DNA of 63,663 nucleotides. Origin: Octopus bimaculoides. Its lineage: Eukaryota. The notes beneath the pieces are model-generated. The model had not been told where the DNA came from. It ran no database searches and worked only from the letters and a program-made list of their open reading frames with translations. A program made the translations under genes and the position numbers. Numbering within the stretch: position 1 is the first letter of the stretch; each line of letters begins with the position of its first letter. The DNA is taken from NCBI RefSeq assembly GCF_001194135.2, contig NC_068987.1:99839971-99903633 (forward strand), in the 5' to 3' direction. This document shows positions 40,393 to 54,892 of the stretch, one piece after another.

Positions 40393-40971
40393 TCCGGTGC
40401 TTACTTCCTAACTTTTTTTTTATCGTACATTTAAATGTGTTATTACAATAAAAGGCACGTTTACATATTCTGTTAGTCAGGGAAGAAGGAAAGACAAAAT
40501 GTTCGCACAAAATTGGAGATATTAAAGTTCCTAAATTTTTTGAGATGATCATTTATTTGTATGTCAAAAGCTGTAGATATGTAAGTTCTTTAACTTATTT
40601 TGAGGAAACTTCATGATACTCACAGAAAACTGTGCATATTCCAGTCTTTTAGAGTTAATTTTTTTTCAGTTGTCCTGCCTGCCAATATATGCATACTGCA
40701 CAGCTACATAAACCACAGTAAAACTTTTAAGAACAAACGAAACATTCCAAAATAAAAAGAAATTCAGAATTTGAAAAATTCAACAAGGTGAACATCTCTT
40801 CGTCCTACTATTCCCAAAGACTGGAATATCTACAAATCCCTGTGAATATTTTAAATCTCCCGCAAAATAAAATAAAACAGGAAACTTACATACCGACAGC
40901 TTTCGAAGACACAAACAATCAGCTTAAGAAACCATTTAATATCTACGAGTATTGTGTGAATACTTATCCTT

Positions 40972-41016
<45 letters not shown>

Positions 41017-41129
41017 TTTCATTGCCAAATTCCTACCATATTCTCCAACTGTACAGAGAAACGAACATCTCTGAGGCAGTAGCTCTCATGGCCTCTGAGC
41101 CTAACTGACTGGAAGTTTTATCATGAACA

Positions 41130-41615
41130 TGTTTTGTTTTTGTGTTAAAGACCTGCTTTAGCAAATATGCTAATCAATACCACTGATTTGCTTGTCAGCT
41201 GTTTGAATTTAATCGCTTGAACATTTCCCTTGTTAGCTTACAATATATGCATCTCTGATCACGAGCGGAAGTAATGGTTTAGCATCAGTGTCATGAGTTA
41301 AGAGGAATTCTGTAGTAGGGTTTGAATTATTCAATTCTGGAAACATGGTTGCTTCATTTTATATCCTTAAACAACTTTTAATCAGGGACCTTTTGAGCGG
41401 CATGGTCAACTCCTGCTGAAACAAACCTCTAACTGTGTCCCGCCTGCAAGGTAATGTCCTGTTTATCTTGATGTGAGATCATCACGTCTCGTATATATGA
41501 TTGTGATGCATGTGACTTATCAGACGGGTAGCCATAATCGGTATATAAGTCTTCGTATATTTCTGGCCCAGTGTCACTCTGATGACATGGGCTGCTCTCT
41601 CACTCAACAATAATA
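41130..41615 (+). mobile_element. Interspersed repeat, probable LINE 3' UTR or SINE-like body ending in an (AAT)n tail
   Basis: Higher-complexity non-coding block ending CAGTGTCACTCTGATG..GCTCTCTCACTCAACAATAATAAT. Recognised from memory as an abundant repeat; no second copy in this window. Confidence 0.5.
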
Positions 41616-41636
41616 ATGATAACACCAACAACAGGA

Positions 41637-41765
41637 AGTAGAAGACGGAGAAGAAGAAGAAGAAGAAGAAGAAGAAGAAGAAGAAGAAGAAGAAGAAGAA
41701 GAAGAAGAAGAAGAAGAAGAAGAAGAAGAAGAAGAAGAAGAAGAAGAAGAAGAAGAAGAAGAAGA
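41637..41765. repeat. (GAA)n microsatellite
   Basis: Directly visible. Confidence 0.95.
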
Positions 41766-42324
41766 AAGAGAGGAAGAAGAATGAGAGGAAGAAGAAAAAA
41801 AAGAAGAATGATAATGATGATGATCATCATCATCATCATCACCAATGTGATCATGATGATCTGTGCAAAATTTGCACTAATAACCTTGGTTAAATTTACA
41901 CAAAAAGGGGTTAGTCATAAATAACGTAGCGATTCCAGTCTTTACTTATAGCTGTAATGTGTTGAATTGGATTGTCAGTGAAAGAAAATAGACTTATAGA
42001 AAAATCGTAAGCTGCTGACTTGTTAGAAGATCAATCACCAAAAGCAGACGTGGATTGTTTTTACCTTCCCAGGGCCCAAGAATGTTGAGGGTTGATTAAT
42101 TTTAAACCTTTTTAGGAAACCAGAAACGACTGGATACAAAACCTCTTAAAAATCACGATAGGCTTTAAAAGCTTCATTCTATCTTGAAGGAGAGCAAAAA
42201 ATCTGATACTGAACGATACTCAGTTTGAATATCCTGAGAGATAAGTGGCAGATGTTTTTGCAAAGAAACTAAAATTAATACCAAAGAAAAAAAAAGTGAA
42301 TGCACGATAGGCTAATAGGTAGGA

Positions 42325-43075
42325 ACAGGAACTTTTGCATGACAAATGTTGGCCCTTCACAAGCAAAATGTTGTTGAACAGAAGCACATCCATCATTGTT
42401 GTTGACCAGAAGCACATCCATCAAAGCTCAAGGTAAGATGTGAATGTTTCGTTTAGCTCCTCAGATCAAAGATTTTTTATCCGGAACTACCAAGCCAGTG
42501 TCAAGAAAACATGGAGCAGTTAAAAATTGCCAATTCTACAATAATCTCTGGATGTGACGTTTCAACACCGGAAGAGTATAAATCAAGACATGCCAGCGTT
42601 GGATAATCTATACACGGGCAAATATATTATGAAATGAAAACTGTTGAAAAACGGTGTAAGCATCACCCTAAGTTTGTAAATGAGGGAGGAAGTGTTACGA
42701 TTCATATGGAATGCCCTCTACTTATTAACCGAGCAATGAAATAAACCAGGTAAAACTGTTTAAAAGCAAAACGATAAAGTCTGTATATTGCTTGATATGA
42801 GTAATACTTGTGATTGTAATATAACGACAAATAAATTAGTCAAGCTTAGATAACTTAAGATTTGATTATTGAAATTGAAACAATGTAGCATCGCAAGTCT
42901 GTGACAATACCAGTGAATGTAGAAGCATAATGAATAATCAAAGAGGGTATTGAAAATTGCTTTAGAATGATACGTGGTTTACCATCCCTGCAAGAAGTGT
43001 AAGTGTTTAATTTAACTGGTACGTGACAAATATTGAAAAAAATCACTACGGATGTGTGAAGGATAAACGTCCACA
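42325..43075 (+). mobile_element. Old R4/Dong-type 3' fragment (RLE domain)
   Basis: RNYQASV..IISGCDVSTPEEYKSRH..HHPKFVNEGGSVTI..CILLDMS..IIEIETM*HRKSVTIPVNVEA**IIKEG..MIRGLPSLQEV..TGT*QILKK. Many stops and frameshifts. Confidence 0.75.
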
Positions 43076-43213
43076 TAAATATTACGTTGTATGTCACCAT
43101 ATTTGTTTTTATAAATGAATAATCCGATGTGTTTATTTTAATGGTTTGTCAAAATAGGCACACCAGAAGAAAAACAAATACCACCACCGCCACCATCACC
43201 GCCGCCGCCACCA

Positions 43214-43244
<31 letters not shown>

Positions 43245-44719
43245 TTACAACGATAACAAAAAAGCAACAGCAACTATAACACTATTTCCTTTTATAAGCC
43301 ATAGGATATTGATTGAGTACAATGTCGTATTCATAATAATACTAAGCACATAATAATACTAAACTGTGGCAGACTTTCCTCGAAAAGTAAGATGTATTTG
43401 ACAGTAACACTAAAGACTCGGTACAACTTACACCATAATAAGTAGCAGTAATAACACTAAACATTCTTCTATATAAGGAAAATATCTCAACGATTTGTTG
43501 AACAATTGCATAATGTGATTTAGAGTAGTACAAATCTCACATATCATTGCAGCAGGAATAGGAAAAGCTAATTTAGCAAACAGAGACTTCAGAGAATAAT
43601 ATTCAGAAATAGTAGGTCAAACGAAAACATGCAGAGGAAAAGCACTCTTGCCAGTAGTACAAAACTTTGGGCGCTCTTTCAGATCTTCTGATAGCGAAAT
43701 ATAATTGAAATTTAGAGAAGCGAAAACGTGTAGTTACTAAGAAGAAAATGAAAGAAAATATAAACATTTTTCAAATATCTGAAATAAAGAGAACTGCATA
43801 AAATCACAAAGAATACGGAAGTATGAACATTTTTGACGGAAAAATAAAATGGAGATTGATACAAATCCAACAGCAACACAGTTGCACTAATCATAGAGAA
43901 CGTAAGAGCACTGTAGTATAAATTATAAGATGCTTTAAGACCATATCGCGTAACACGAAGTCTACGACGAAGATGGAGGGATCGAGCGCATCATAAGATC
44001 CGAAACAGCTAAAATATTTAAGATGAGCAGGGAAACCTATGGTACTTTCAAAAACGTTTTATACGATAATGATAAAGGCGGATAATATTTCAATGACTTA
44101 GTTCGAGGAAACTGTTTCCAAGATTAAAGAATTGGAAATCCTTGAAACTTGCAGCGTGTAAGCTACCTCTCTTCAAGTTCATAAGTAATTTAACAGGAAA
44201 AATATTGCAGACAAAATATTAACACGTGGGAATTTTAACTGGCAACTGTTGATGCTGCTGCTTACGGTTGCCTTCAGAGCAAGACAGGGAGAGAAAGAGA
44301 GTATGCTAAGAAAGAAAAGTAGGCAGAATTTTCCCTTAAGGGTAGAGAACAATTCAGAGCTTAAAATATTGTTTTCTTTTTCTTTCTTTTTGTCTTTGCT
44401 TTATTATTATTATTATGCGGGGTCATATTCTTATAAATGACGGAACATGGCGTCCAATTAAAATAAGAAAAAAATAGTAACATTTTCATAGAGAGACACT
44501 CCTCCAATAGGGCAATGTAGGATGGTGCAAGGGCTCATCATTGTTACTGATACACAAAGTAATAGTAATAAAAGAAACTAAAGATTAAAAGAAACATTTG
44601 AACATTGTTCAGTCCACGTAGTAATCGGGACAAGGCTTGACATAATTATCATAGGATCGAAGAGAGTAGATATACGAAACATTCTCTATACAATTGTCAA
44701 CGTACTAATGATAGAATAC

Positions 44720-44757
<38 letters not shown>

Positions 44758-45308
44758 NNNNNNNNNNNNNNNNNNNNNNNNNNNNNNNNNNNNNNNNNNN
44801 NNNNNNNNNNNNNNNNNNNNNNNNNNNNNNNNNNNNNNNNNNNNNNNNNNNNNNNNNNNNNNNNNNNNNNNNNNNNNNNNNNNNNNNNNNNNNNNNNNNN
44901 NNNNNNNNNNNNNNNNNNNNNNNNNNNNNNNNNNNNNNNNNNNNNNNNNNNNNNNNNNNNNNNNNNNNNNNNNNNNNNNNNNNNNNNNNNNNNNNNNNNN
45001 NNNNNNNNNNNNNNNNNNNNNNNNNNNNNNNNNNNNNNNNNNNNNNNNNNNNNNNNNNNNNNNNNNNNNNNNNNNNNNNNNNNNNNNNNNNNNNNNNNNN
45101 NNNNNNNNNNNNNNNNNNNNNNNNNNNNNNNNNNNNNNNNNNNNNNNNNNNNNNNNNNNNNNNNNNNNNNNNNNNNNNNNNNNNNNNNNNNNNNNNNNNN
45201 NNNNNNNNNNNNNTTTGTTATTTACACCACCTGTCCTCGTCTGTTGTTGTGTTTTTTTCGTACATTCTCCCATATATATATATTTATATATATATAAATG
45301 TATTGTGT

Positions 45309-45352
<44 letters not shown>

Positions 45353-46129
45353 TAAGTACATAATTTTATAAGTATAATTATAAAACTATATTAAGGGCAA
45401 CTAGCGAGTGTGTATACAACTGTTCATACTTATACACTTTTTAAAATTCAAAAACCTAATTCGTTTATCTTGGCTATGTGTGAATAACCAAATAATTTAG
45501 TAGTGAATAATTTTGGTTTATGTGACGCCTTAGATTAATACTTAAAACAAAGTTAAATGCAAGTATACGATATAGGCCATCGATACTCATTCTCGGATGT
45601 CGTAGTAATCAGCCACTAATATACTTTTCTGAACTGAAAGCTAAATAAATTATTAAGACTAGAAAGATAAAAAAGTAACAGTATTACTTTATATCGAATA
45701 CACCATTCAAAGTCTTACATAGAAAGACTATAATTATTTCAAATACGTAAAAATCTTATGCAAATAAAAAAAGGATTATAAAATATCTGTTGTAGGAATA
45801 TTGAGATATCTCGTAAAAAATACTGAAACATAGCTACAAATATTTATTGAACAATGCGAGAGAAGAAAAAATGTACGATTTTATTTTTTGGGGGCTTCTA
45901 AGACAGAAATTATTACACCAGAAAGGCTGAGATCAGTGACATCTGCGAGAGTGGATAAAATAACAGACTTAGTGAAAATATGAAAACCAAAAGAAAACAA
46001 ACTAATTTTTAAAATAGGGCTACAAAAGTTTTCGTGTTTTTACAGTGCCATAAGAGGACAGTGTTTGGCGAATAGCTGAGTAAAAACAATAAACTGAGTG
46101 AAAATTGATGGAATTAGACGAAAAAATTA

Positions 46130-46400
46130 TTTAAGGTGGTGCTGGTTCAAATTTCACATTAATAGGTTCTTAATTGCTGCACCTACGATAAAACCTCCGC
46201 AGTACAAACACCCAGATTCTGGCAGAGAATTATAATGCAATTTATAAATGCAACATAAGGGAGGGTTTGGAACAAACAACTAATCACGTTGTCGCTGGTT
46301 ACCCGGCCTTAACAAAAAATGCATTCATTGAGATGAATGATATATTTAGAGACTTTATATAGATAAAGATATTCAAGGATTTTGAAATAGTAATAAACTG
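46130..46400 (+). mobile_element. Very old R4/Dong-type fragment
   Basis: RFLIAA.. and TTNHVVAGYPALTKNAFIE resemble EGFLIAAQDQ and ETINHVVAGCPxLAKxEYIE. Confidence 0.45.
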
Positions 46401-48992
46401 AAGTTATTTAAAGATATGCTCACATGAAATGCACAAAAAGACAATCAAAAGGAAATATTCTGGTACTTACCATTGCAAACGAGGTAATCGAACGTAAAAC
46501 AGTTCACATTTGTTCAACAGCAACCAGGAAATTAAATTTTGCGTATTTGATGGCATATATCAGACATAACGTGTCTGTTTAATAAGTGGAGAAAATTACA
46601 CCAGAAATCGAATTTACCAGAACATGTGAGAAGGAAACTGAAATAAACCCTGCTTTACATGTCTTAGGCATTATTCTCTACTCTGGACAATGAAAGAATG
46701 CATTATAAATACAACTGAAAAATGATTAGCATCATATTAAATATCCGTTTAGTTTTACCAGCAGGGTGCTTTCTTTTTATACAACGTGTTACAAAGTTAT
46801 TAGACATGATTTCAGTCTTCATAATAGACACGCTTTTATATAAAATTCAAAGGACGGTTAGGGAACAACCTCATAATATATAAATATATATATATATATA
46901 TATGTGAGTGTGTGTATGTGTCGTGTGTGTGTGTGTGTGTGTGTGTGTGCTTGTATATGTGTACGTGTGCATGTACGTGTGTGTGTGTGTGTGTGTGTAT
47001 GTGTGTGTGTGTGCATGTGTCTGAAAATAATTGAACTATTTGATAGAAACAAAAACATAAAATTATTTTTCGTGACAAACATCCATAGTTACTGAATTAT
47101 TATCATCAAGGTCACGCATCAAATTTTGAATAAATTTAGATTTTCGTTCGGAACATCCTCTCGTTGAGCTTTCATGTGAGCTTAGTGATCACGTATATTG
47201 CTTAATCTTGTTTATCTTTCTTCCGCCCAATAGTTTCCCTATGACACTTCTCTTCAGTTCTTATTTCACTGGCGTTGTTTGAATTTTAACAAGTAATTGA
47301 GAATCTTTAATCTTTTGTTAAAAATCACAAAATAAATATTTTATACATAAGCTTCACTTTTATTTAACGTGAATGCTGGTCACATGGAGGCAAAATGGCC
47401 ATGCATTAAGAGGTTTGGAAAAGTGATAAACATCAAAATTAGCATAACAAAAAGAGAAATAATGCAACAATTAAGAAAGGTATTACATATGAAATTAATT
47501 CGAATAGAATTATTGACATGTCATTAGCAAATCTTAACTGAGAAATCAAAATTACTTCATCGAGTCGAGGGAACCCGTACATGATACCACTTTTAAATAC
47601 TACGTTACACACGAGAAGGTCACAACATATCACGGCTTAGATATTCTATATAAAACCGTTCTTACTGAAACGATTTATCCAAGGCAAAGAAGCAACATGA
47701 ACAGGTCTATAATAATATTTGATCGCAAATAGAAAGATAATATACTTTTAAATAATAGTTGCAGAACATACTAAATTAACGAACACGAAGATCATATCTT
47801 CAAATAGGATCGGCGATAACGAAGTGTATTATGCCATACGTTACATCCAGATATCTGTCCAATAGCTACTGCACTTTTTAGTACATACGTCTGCTTCTCT
47901 TTTATAAGCAAACAATTCCTAGTTTAGAAGTGCACACAATTTGTTCCACCTGAAACTAAAGAGATGGTAGTCTGTTTACATTTGTTCTCAATAAGATTTA
48001 GAAAACTAATTACTTTCATAATTTCTTCGATAGACGGGTATTTTTGTCTCTTTGTTTGAAATTGAAACAAACAGAAACAAAAAAAAATAATAAACGAACG
48101 ATTCTTCGATTTCCGATAGTGCAAGACCTACTACCATAATTTCAGGTTGACTAAACAAAGGCAGCTCTTAATAATTTGATAATCAATCGCTGCTGCGACG
48201 TGCTCAAAGTGTGAAAGGAAATATACAAAAGAAAAGAACGAAGGAAAATAATATTATAAAATTAAAACTAAATATTTTACAGAAACAACGGGAAATCCTT
48301 GATATTCATTAACAAAAATAACAAAAATGATACACACAGAAACACACATGTACCAGTAGACACACGCACCCACAAAAACACAAACACACACACGTTCGCA
48401 CACATATACACACATACATATATACATACATAGTTACACACGCATACACGCATACACCCACTCACACACACACACATATAGACGGGTTGTATTAAGCTGA
48501 TGCACTTATGTGAATTTACAGTATTGTAAGGGAATAACATAACAGAATTACATGATAATAAAATAATACAAAGACAATAGATGCCTTGTTGTTATTTTAG
48601 ACTTGAATGTTTAACAGCATAGACAGATGAGGCGCTGGGGGAGAGAAACTTATATGGATAGTGTGGTATTGTGGTATATTGATACATAAATAGGTAAAGG
48701 GAGAGACAAAACAGAAAGAATGGCAGAAAGCGAGAAGAGTGAAAGGAGGTGTAAGGAAAAGTGATATATGTAGACTGATGATGCGATAGAAGTATAGCTG
48801 CATAGGAAATGGTACAATAGGAAAAGTAAATTAAATGGTAGATCTATAGTGAGACAAATTGAATAGCGTGACAGAATCACGCAATAATAAATGAAATGAA
48901 ATAAAGAATAAATTAATTAAGAACAAATAACAGTAAACTTTGAAGCTTAATCTCTCTCTCACACACACTCACTCTATTTACATACACAAATT

Positions 48993-49030
<38 letters not shown>

Positions 49031-49074
49031 GGGAGGGGGGGTTGCGTATTTGTGCATGTACGCGGCCGTGTGTG

Positions 49075-49400
49075 TAAGCTTGCTACATTGCGATTAGGGT
49101 GTTCGATTCACGATTGCACGGTCATGAGTTCGATACGCAGCACGCGTGTCATGTAGTGCAGGAAGCGACTTTATTGTACATTGCTCTTGTCACCCAGCAA
49201 AACTATAATCCAGAGGGCCAACATTTTCACATTGTGTGTCAGAGTGAATCTTCCTTACAACTATGTTGAGGGAACGCGTGCCTGCGGCGAGCACAATCAC
49301 TAGCATGTTAATATTGTGATGAAACGTCTCCGTTGATTTATATATCCAGGACAAATGTGTAAGTATACAAGCCAATAGATGTGCTGAAGGAAAACGGCAA
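49075..49400 (+). mobile_element. Old tRNA-derived SINE with a conserved-core-like body
   Basis: Decayed tRNA-like head (GAGTTCGATAC B-box), then TGAATCTTCCTTACAACTATGTTGAGGGAACGCGTGCCTG..TCCGTTGAT. Confidence 0.5.
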
Positions 49401-49834
49401 ATGTCTGTAATCAACCTTAAAATATCATTAAAAAAACGCGCTGCACTATGGCAAATAAGCGAAAAAGATTCATGAAGAGTTTCAGTTACATATTAATTGA
49501 TTTCAGGATTGTTTTGCTTCGTCAGATTAATACAACCGAATGCACATGAAAACAAACACATATACATACTCCATAAATACAGTGGCTTCACAGTGCGAAT
49601 ACAACTGATCGTATTTATATACAAATTTATATTAAAAAATAAAGCTCGTTTATTTTCCATCACGAGTGAATAACCGAATATTTCAGCAGTGAATAACTTT
49701 TGGTTCAGGTGAAATTATATATATTTTTAATATATTTTAAAATCTAGGATAAAATCAATATATAATTTTATCAGGTAGTTAACATGCAATAAACCGGTTA
49801 AGATAAAATTGCATGTGTGTGTGTGTTTGTGGGT

Positions 49835-49995
49835 GTGAATACGACGGGCTTCAATCCGTTTCTGTTTACCAAATCCACTTACGATGTTTTGGTTGCTATA
49901 TTAGAAGACACTTGCCCAAGGTTCTACACAGTGGGACTGATTCCAGAAGCGTGTGGTTGGGAAGTAAGTTTCTAACCACACGACTATGCCTTGAT
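49835..49995 (-). mobile_element. SINE 5' half (family A)
   Basis: Reverse complement of the 63493-63663 sequence: ACGACGGGCTTC..TACCAAATCCAC..AGAAGACACTTGCCCAAGG..GTGGGACTGA..GTGGTTGGGAAGTAAG. Confidence 0.8.
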
Positions 49996-50159
49996 CTTCA
50001 AGTCGAAAACTCTGTCTATGGAAATCCTGGGGCGAGATTGAATCCACGCAACACAATTGAATGTATTTTACGATTGCTGCAATTTACGCCAACATGAACA
50101 AAAGATGAGCGACGCACACACTCACACACACATGTACATCCACATATATTTGCACACAC

Positions 50160-50480
50160 GTTTGTTTCGCCCAGATAGTACCTTACCCCACTATGCCATC
50201 AAAGTCAGGGAATGCCAGAATGAAATTTTTGGGGATTGGTGGATGTGGTAAGAATCACATCTTCCAGCACTTAGGCTTAACAGAAGTCTAGACCTCACAT
50301 CTTACGACAACGCTCTGTGGAGTACTATCAAGAAGAGAGTTTGACAACAGCGACAGCATGTAAATTCTCTTAACTCATAAAACATGTGTTCAATATTTGA
50401 ATTACAAATCGCTGAGGATGGAGACGACTTACTTATATAAAATGGATGGGAGAAATCACATTACGCAATAAATATAAGAA
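50160..50480 (+). mobile_element. Tc1/mariner transposase relic resembling the DD41D (rosa/Visitor) type
   Basis: PDSTLPHYAIKVRECQNEIFGDWW..RSLDLTSYDNALWSTIKKRV compares with QDGAPPH..VR..LN..F..W..RSPDLTxxD..LWG.xK..V. Confidence 0.65.
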
Positions 50481-51307
50481 CTTGTTACGAAATTAATAAT
50501 GGATCACATATTCTGATAGAACAATTAAAAAGAACAAAAGATATAACTTTAAAAAAGTCAATGTAATGATGATAAACGGACAACGTGCAGGTGATAATTT
50601 ACATGCTGATATATATCCTGTGGAATAGTAAGCAATGTTTGACCATAGAGTATCGATTTGTTTTCCCCTAACCGTCTATCTCCGTACACTGAATTCACCC
50701 AAGTACCTTTACCCACAGTAACTTTTCAATTGACTTTTTCCTGTTGCTACTTTAGGAAGTTCAGCAAATGCTTGTCAGGTGTTTATAGTATAGAAAACCT
50801 GCCATCTTGTTGAATCCTCACATTTAGCTTCATCTAATGGAGGGATGCGTTTCTATTCATTTTCCTCTCCATGATGTGTTTTGAAACTCACTATTCTCTG
50901 GATGGATACTTTTTACTTTCTTTATTCTGTTGTTTTGCACTATTGTGACCCACTGCTTGCTTTACATAACTCCATCGTTGAAGGAGCGAAACTGATTGAT
51001 GAGACCGGGGTTCGGAATTCGTTGTTGTATGTTAGTACTGATCAGAAAATAGCTGTTTCTATCTTCTGCTCAGGTGAAGATAAATATATGTATATGATAA
51101 GGATAACAATGGAACCCTATCCCGCGATACTGGTTTTATTTTATTTTTTTTACTTGCTGCCCTCCACTTCGTTGCTGTCCATTTTCCTCCCTTCCTGTAT
51201 ATATTTCTATCATTCTGGCCCGTCCATTTATCTACGAGTGTAAGAGCAAACATTATACGCACTCATGTTTCAGTAATTTATTAATACAAATGCAGTGTTT
51301 GAAAATT

Positions 51308-51650
51308 GAGTCATTTGGCGATATAGTCTCCTTACTTTTCGATGATCTTTTTCCAGTGACGCACAGGGTTGCTTATTGTTTCGAAGACGATATTCAGCTG
51401 GTTACGGAGCCATTTATACATCGCTTCCTGCACTTCCATATAAATCGGTGACCTGGAAAAGGTTTTTGAGCGGTCAAAACGTGATAGTCGGTAGGGAGTT
51501 TATCTGAGCTGTACGCAGGTTGTTTTAGCAACTCGGAAGACAACGGTTTCGGTTGCCGTATATTGGCGTGCATTTTCGTGGAAAAATATTACGTGCTTTG
51601 ATAATAGATTTTATTTTTTCTGTTTTCTCTTGATACACACTCCTCAGAGA
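51308..51650 (-). mobile_element. Mariner transposase C-terminal relic
   Basis: LLSKHVIFFHENAR..ELLKQPAYSSD..PTDYHV..LKN..MEVQEAMYKWLRNQ compares with HDNARPH / HPPYSPDLAPSDYHLF of DD34D mariners. Internally deleted. Confidence 0.7.
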
Positions 51651-51756
51651 ACAACTGGAGCAATAAAGTTAAAGCCTTGGTTACATAAACATACGAGAAC
51701 CCTCTTTTAGCTAAAGAAAGTTTGGATGAAAATGCGGATAACTTTTGACTTCTCCT

Positions 51757-51758
51757 AA

Positions 51759-51822
<64 letters not shown>

Positions 51823-51879
51823 GATCGATCGATCGATCGGACTATCTGTCTCCCTAACTATCCGTCTGTTTCTCTCTCT

Positions 51880-51935
<56 letters not shown>

Positions 51936-51955
51936 NNNNNNNNNNCTATCTATCT
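51757..51955. repeat. (TATC)n array with an internal short duplication and a 10-N gap
   Basis: Directly visible. Confidence 0.9.
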
Positions 51956-54570
51956 GTTAGTCTGTCTCCCTAACTGTCAATCTCTGTTTACTTATCTCTC
52001 AGTTTAGCTTTTTTTATATATCTCATTCCCAGAAAAAAATGTCCGTCGATTTCGGTGTAATGTGCAGCAGTAAGCCTACACTTATGTCGCCTAATCGTAT
52101 GTAATCTTTCATGAACTTTACTTTCAGATACATCTGTATTGCCTTAAAATAAGGGACAACAAACCAGTGTTGAATCACTCTGCCATTCCCCTGGCTTACA
52201 GGCATCTTTGTGTTACCTGATATATTGATGTCCCGCAACATAGGCAAATACATGGGTTGTTTTATCTGTCCTTGACAATGCACCTCAAACGATCTTAAAC
52301 CACAAGCATAATTTCCCGCTACTTTACTACAAACTTTCGTTGTAAATAATGAGGAAGTGGGAAACTTTAAACACGAATTTTGCAACTGAGATGTTCGTCC
52401 CTCAAAAAAAAACCAAAAAAAAAAAACCGAAATAACACCGGTACCACAGCATGCATGATTTTCTACGTACGAATGCAAGGACATCACTTCGTCGGTCGAA
52501 TTACTTACAATTCTGAAATTTACGATTACGTTGAATTTTGACGCATTTTGATGAGAGCTGTAGAATGTTATTCCTGTCGGTTCATAACCAAGCTTTTCAC
52601 GGAGAGGGATACTCTCTTGTGCTACCTAAATCGGGTAGGTTTTTTTTAGATGCAACTTTTCCAAACACTGAGACATTCATAAATATGCAAGAATTGCAAA
52701 ACTGCTCCTTATGCCAACATCAGCTACAATTGGCAAATTTTTTATGTGCATGAGTGTGTGTATATGTATGTGCGCTTGAAAGAATTTTGTTAATGTTTTT
52801 ACTTCCTTTTCAAATTAATTTCAATTTTGTCACCATTTTTGAAGTCATTATTTTCCTCCGTATGTATCATTTTGTTCGGTATAGTTACCGTTCAAATTTT
52901 GGTTGTGAAAATCTTTGCGAACAATTTCTTCAGAATTTTTATTTCTTTGAGCTGTGAGGCATATTGATTATCATAGTTCTGAAACACGAGGCTGAGTATA
53001 ATTTACTTTATTACGAACTTTCGTTGTAAATTATGAGGAAGTGGCAAAATTTTGCAACAGCGTTATTCTTCTCTCAAACAGGAAATAGTAAATGGAATCA
53101 ACCAAATAACAACGATAAGATGAACACAAATAAAAACAACTATGACTCCAATAATAATGATATTAAAATTTCGTTCTCCAAAAAGCACGAAGCCTGAAAT
53201 TGTGGGGGCAGTTGGTCATAATACGCGACTGATACTCATTTTATTACGCATTTCATCGTGACCACCAATCGCTATATAAATTTAGATTCAACAAAATCAA
53301 GGCCACTTGTAGAGTATGCTGTTGAGATTGAAGCATATCGGTGCTACTACAGTGACTATTTTATAATGATCATCGTAAGAACTAGCGTTACTTGAAGAAA
53401 TACTCATGTTGTTAGTCGTCCATATGTTTTGGTACAAGGTTCAAAAACTAGCTATAATGAACCAAGTCTATATGTTTAATACCGTCTTCACCGTTTAGAT
53501 ATTTTCACTTTCTTTCTCCACACATTTACTTGAGCTGCCTGCAAAAACATTCTCATTTACATGAAAAGAAATATCATGAGTAGTTTCAGATTCAAAGAGA
53601 ATTTTATTTCCTCTTTTTACTTTGTGTCCGATAACAATTTGTGTTATTTACTTTCTTTCTAATATCACACAATTGTAACATGCAATGTCTTAGTCCACCT
53701 GATAATATATATATATATATATATANNNNNNNNNNNNNNNNNNNNNNNNNNNNNNNNNNNNNNNNNNNNNNNNNNNNNNNNNNNNNNNNNNNNNNNNNNN
53801 NNNNNNNNNNNNNNNNNNNNNNNNNNNNNNNNNNNNNNNNNNNNNNNNNNNNNNNNNNNNNNNNNNNNNNNNNNNNNNNNNNNNNNNNNNNNNNNNNNNN
53901 NNNNNNNNNNNNNNNNNNNNNNNNNNNNNNNNNNNNNNNNNNNNNNNNNNNNNNNNNNNNNNNNNNNNNNNNNNNNNNNNNNNNNNNNNNNNNNNNNNNN
54001 NNNNNNNNNNNNNNNNNNNNNNNNNNNNNNNNNNNNNNNNNNNNNNNNNNNNNNNNNNNNNNNNNNNNNNNNNNNNNNNNNNNNNNNNNNNNNNNNNNNN
54101 NNNNNNNNNNNNNNNNNNNNNNNNNNNNNNNNNNNNNNNNNNNNNNNNNNNNNNNNNNNNNNNNNNNNNNNNNNNNNNNNNNNNNNNNNNNNNNNNNNNN
54201 NNNNNNNNNNNNNNNNNNNNNNNNNNNNNNNNNNNNNNNNNNNNNNNNNNNNNNNNNNNNNNNNNNNNNNNNNNNNNNNNNNNNNNNNNNNNNNNNNNNN
54301 NNNNNNNNNNNNNNNNNNNNNNNNNNNNNNNNNNNNNNNNNNNNNNNNNNNNNNNNNNNNNNNNNNNNNNNNNNNNNNNNNNNNNNNNNNNNNNNNNNNN
54401 NNNNNNNNNNNNNNNNNNNNNNNNNNNNNNNNNNNNNNNNNNNNNNNNNNNNNNNNNNNNNNNNNNNNNNNNNNNNNNNNNNNNNNNNNNNNNNNNNNNN
54501 NNNNNNNNNNNNNNNNNNNNNNNNNNNNNNNNNNNNNNNNNNNNNNTACTACTACTACTAATCATAATCA

Positions 54571-54601
<31 letters not shown>

Positions 54602-54892
54602 AAGAAGAAGAAGAAGAAGAAGGAGAAGGAGAAGAAGAAGAAGAAGAAGTTTGAATTACTATACGATAAGGGAAAACGGAGTCCATACACTACAAATTTA
54701 GAAAATCAAAAATTACCCGGACCTAAGCACGGTAAGGAATAAATTGGTGGAGGCGTATTTGACATTTCTTCTTGTGGTATAGTGTTAGTTTGGTACAACA
54801 CAGATACTAAGACTTCAAAAGATAGTGGAAATGAGGCAGTGATTTACATTATTTACATTTGACGGATATTTGTCTTCATCTTGTTTGTTGCT

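Noticed and set aside
46465-46580. Minus-strand exon with a GTAAGT donor
   Set aside because: All three frames between the candidate acceptor and donor contain stops. It could only be non-coding, and nothing else supports it.
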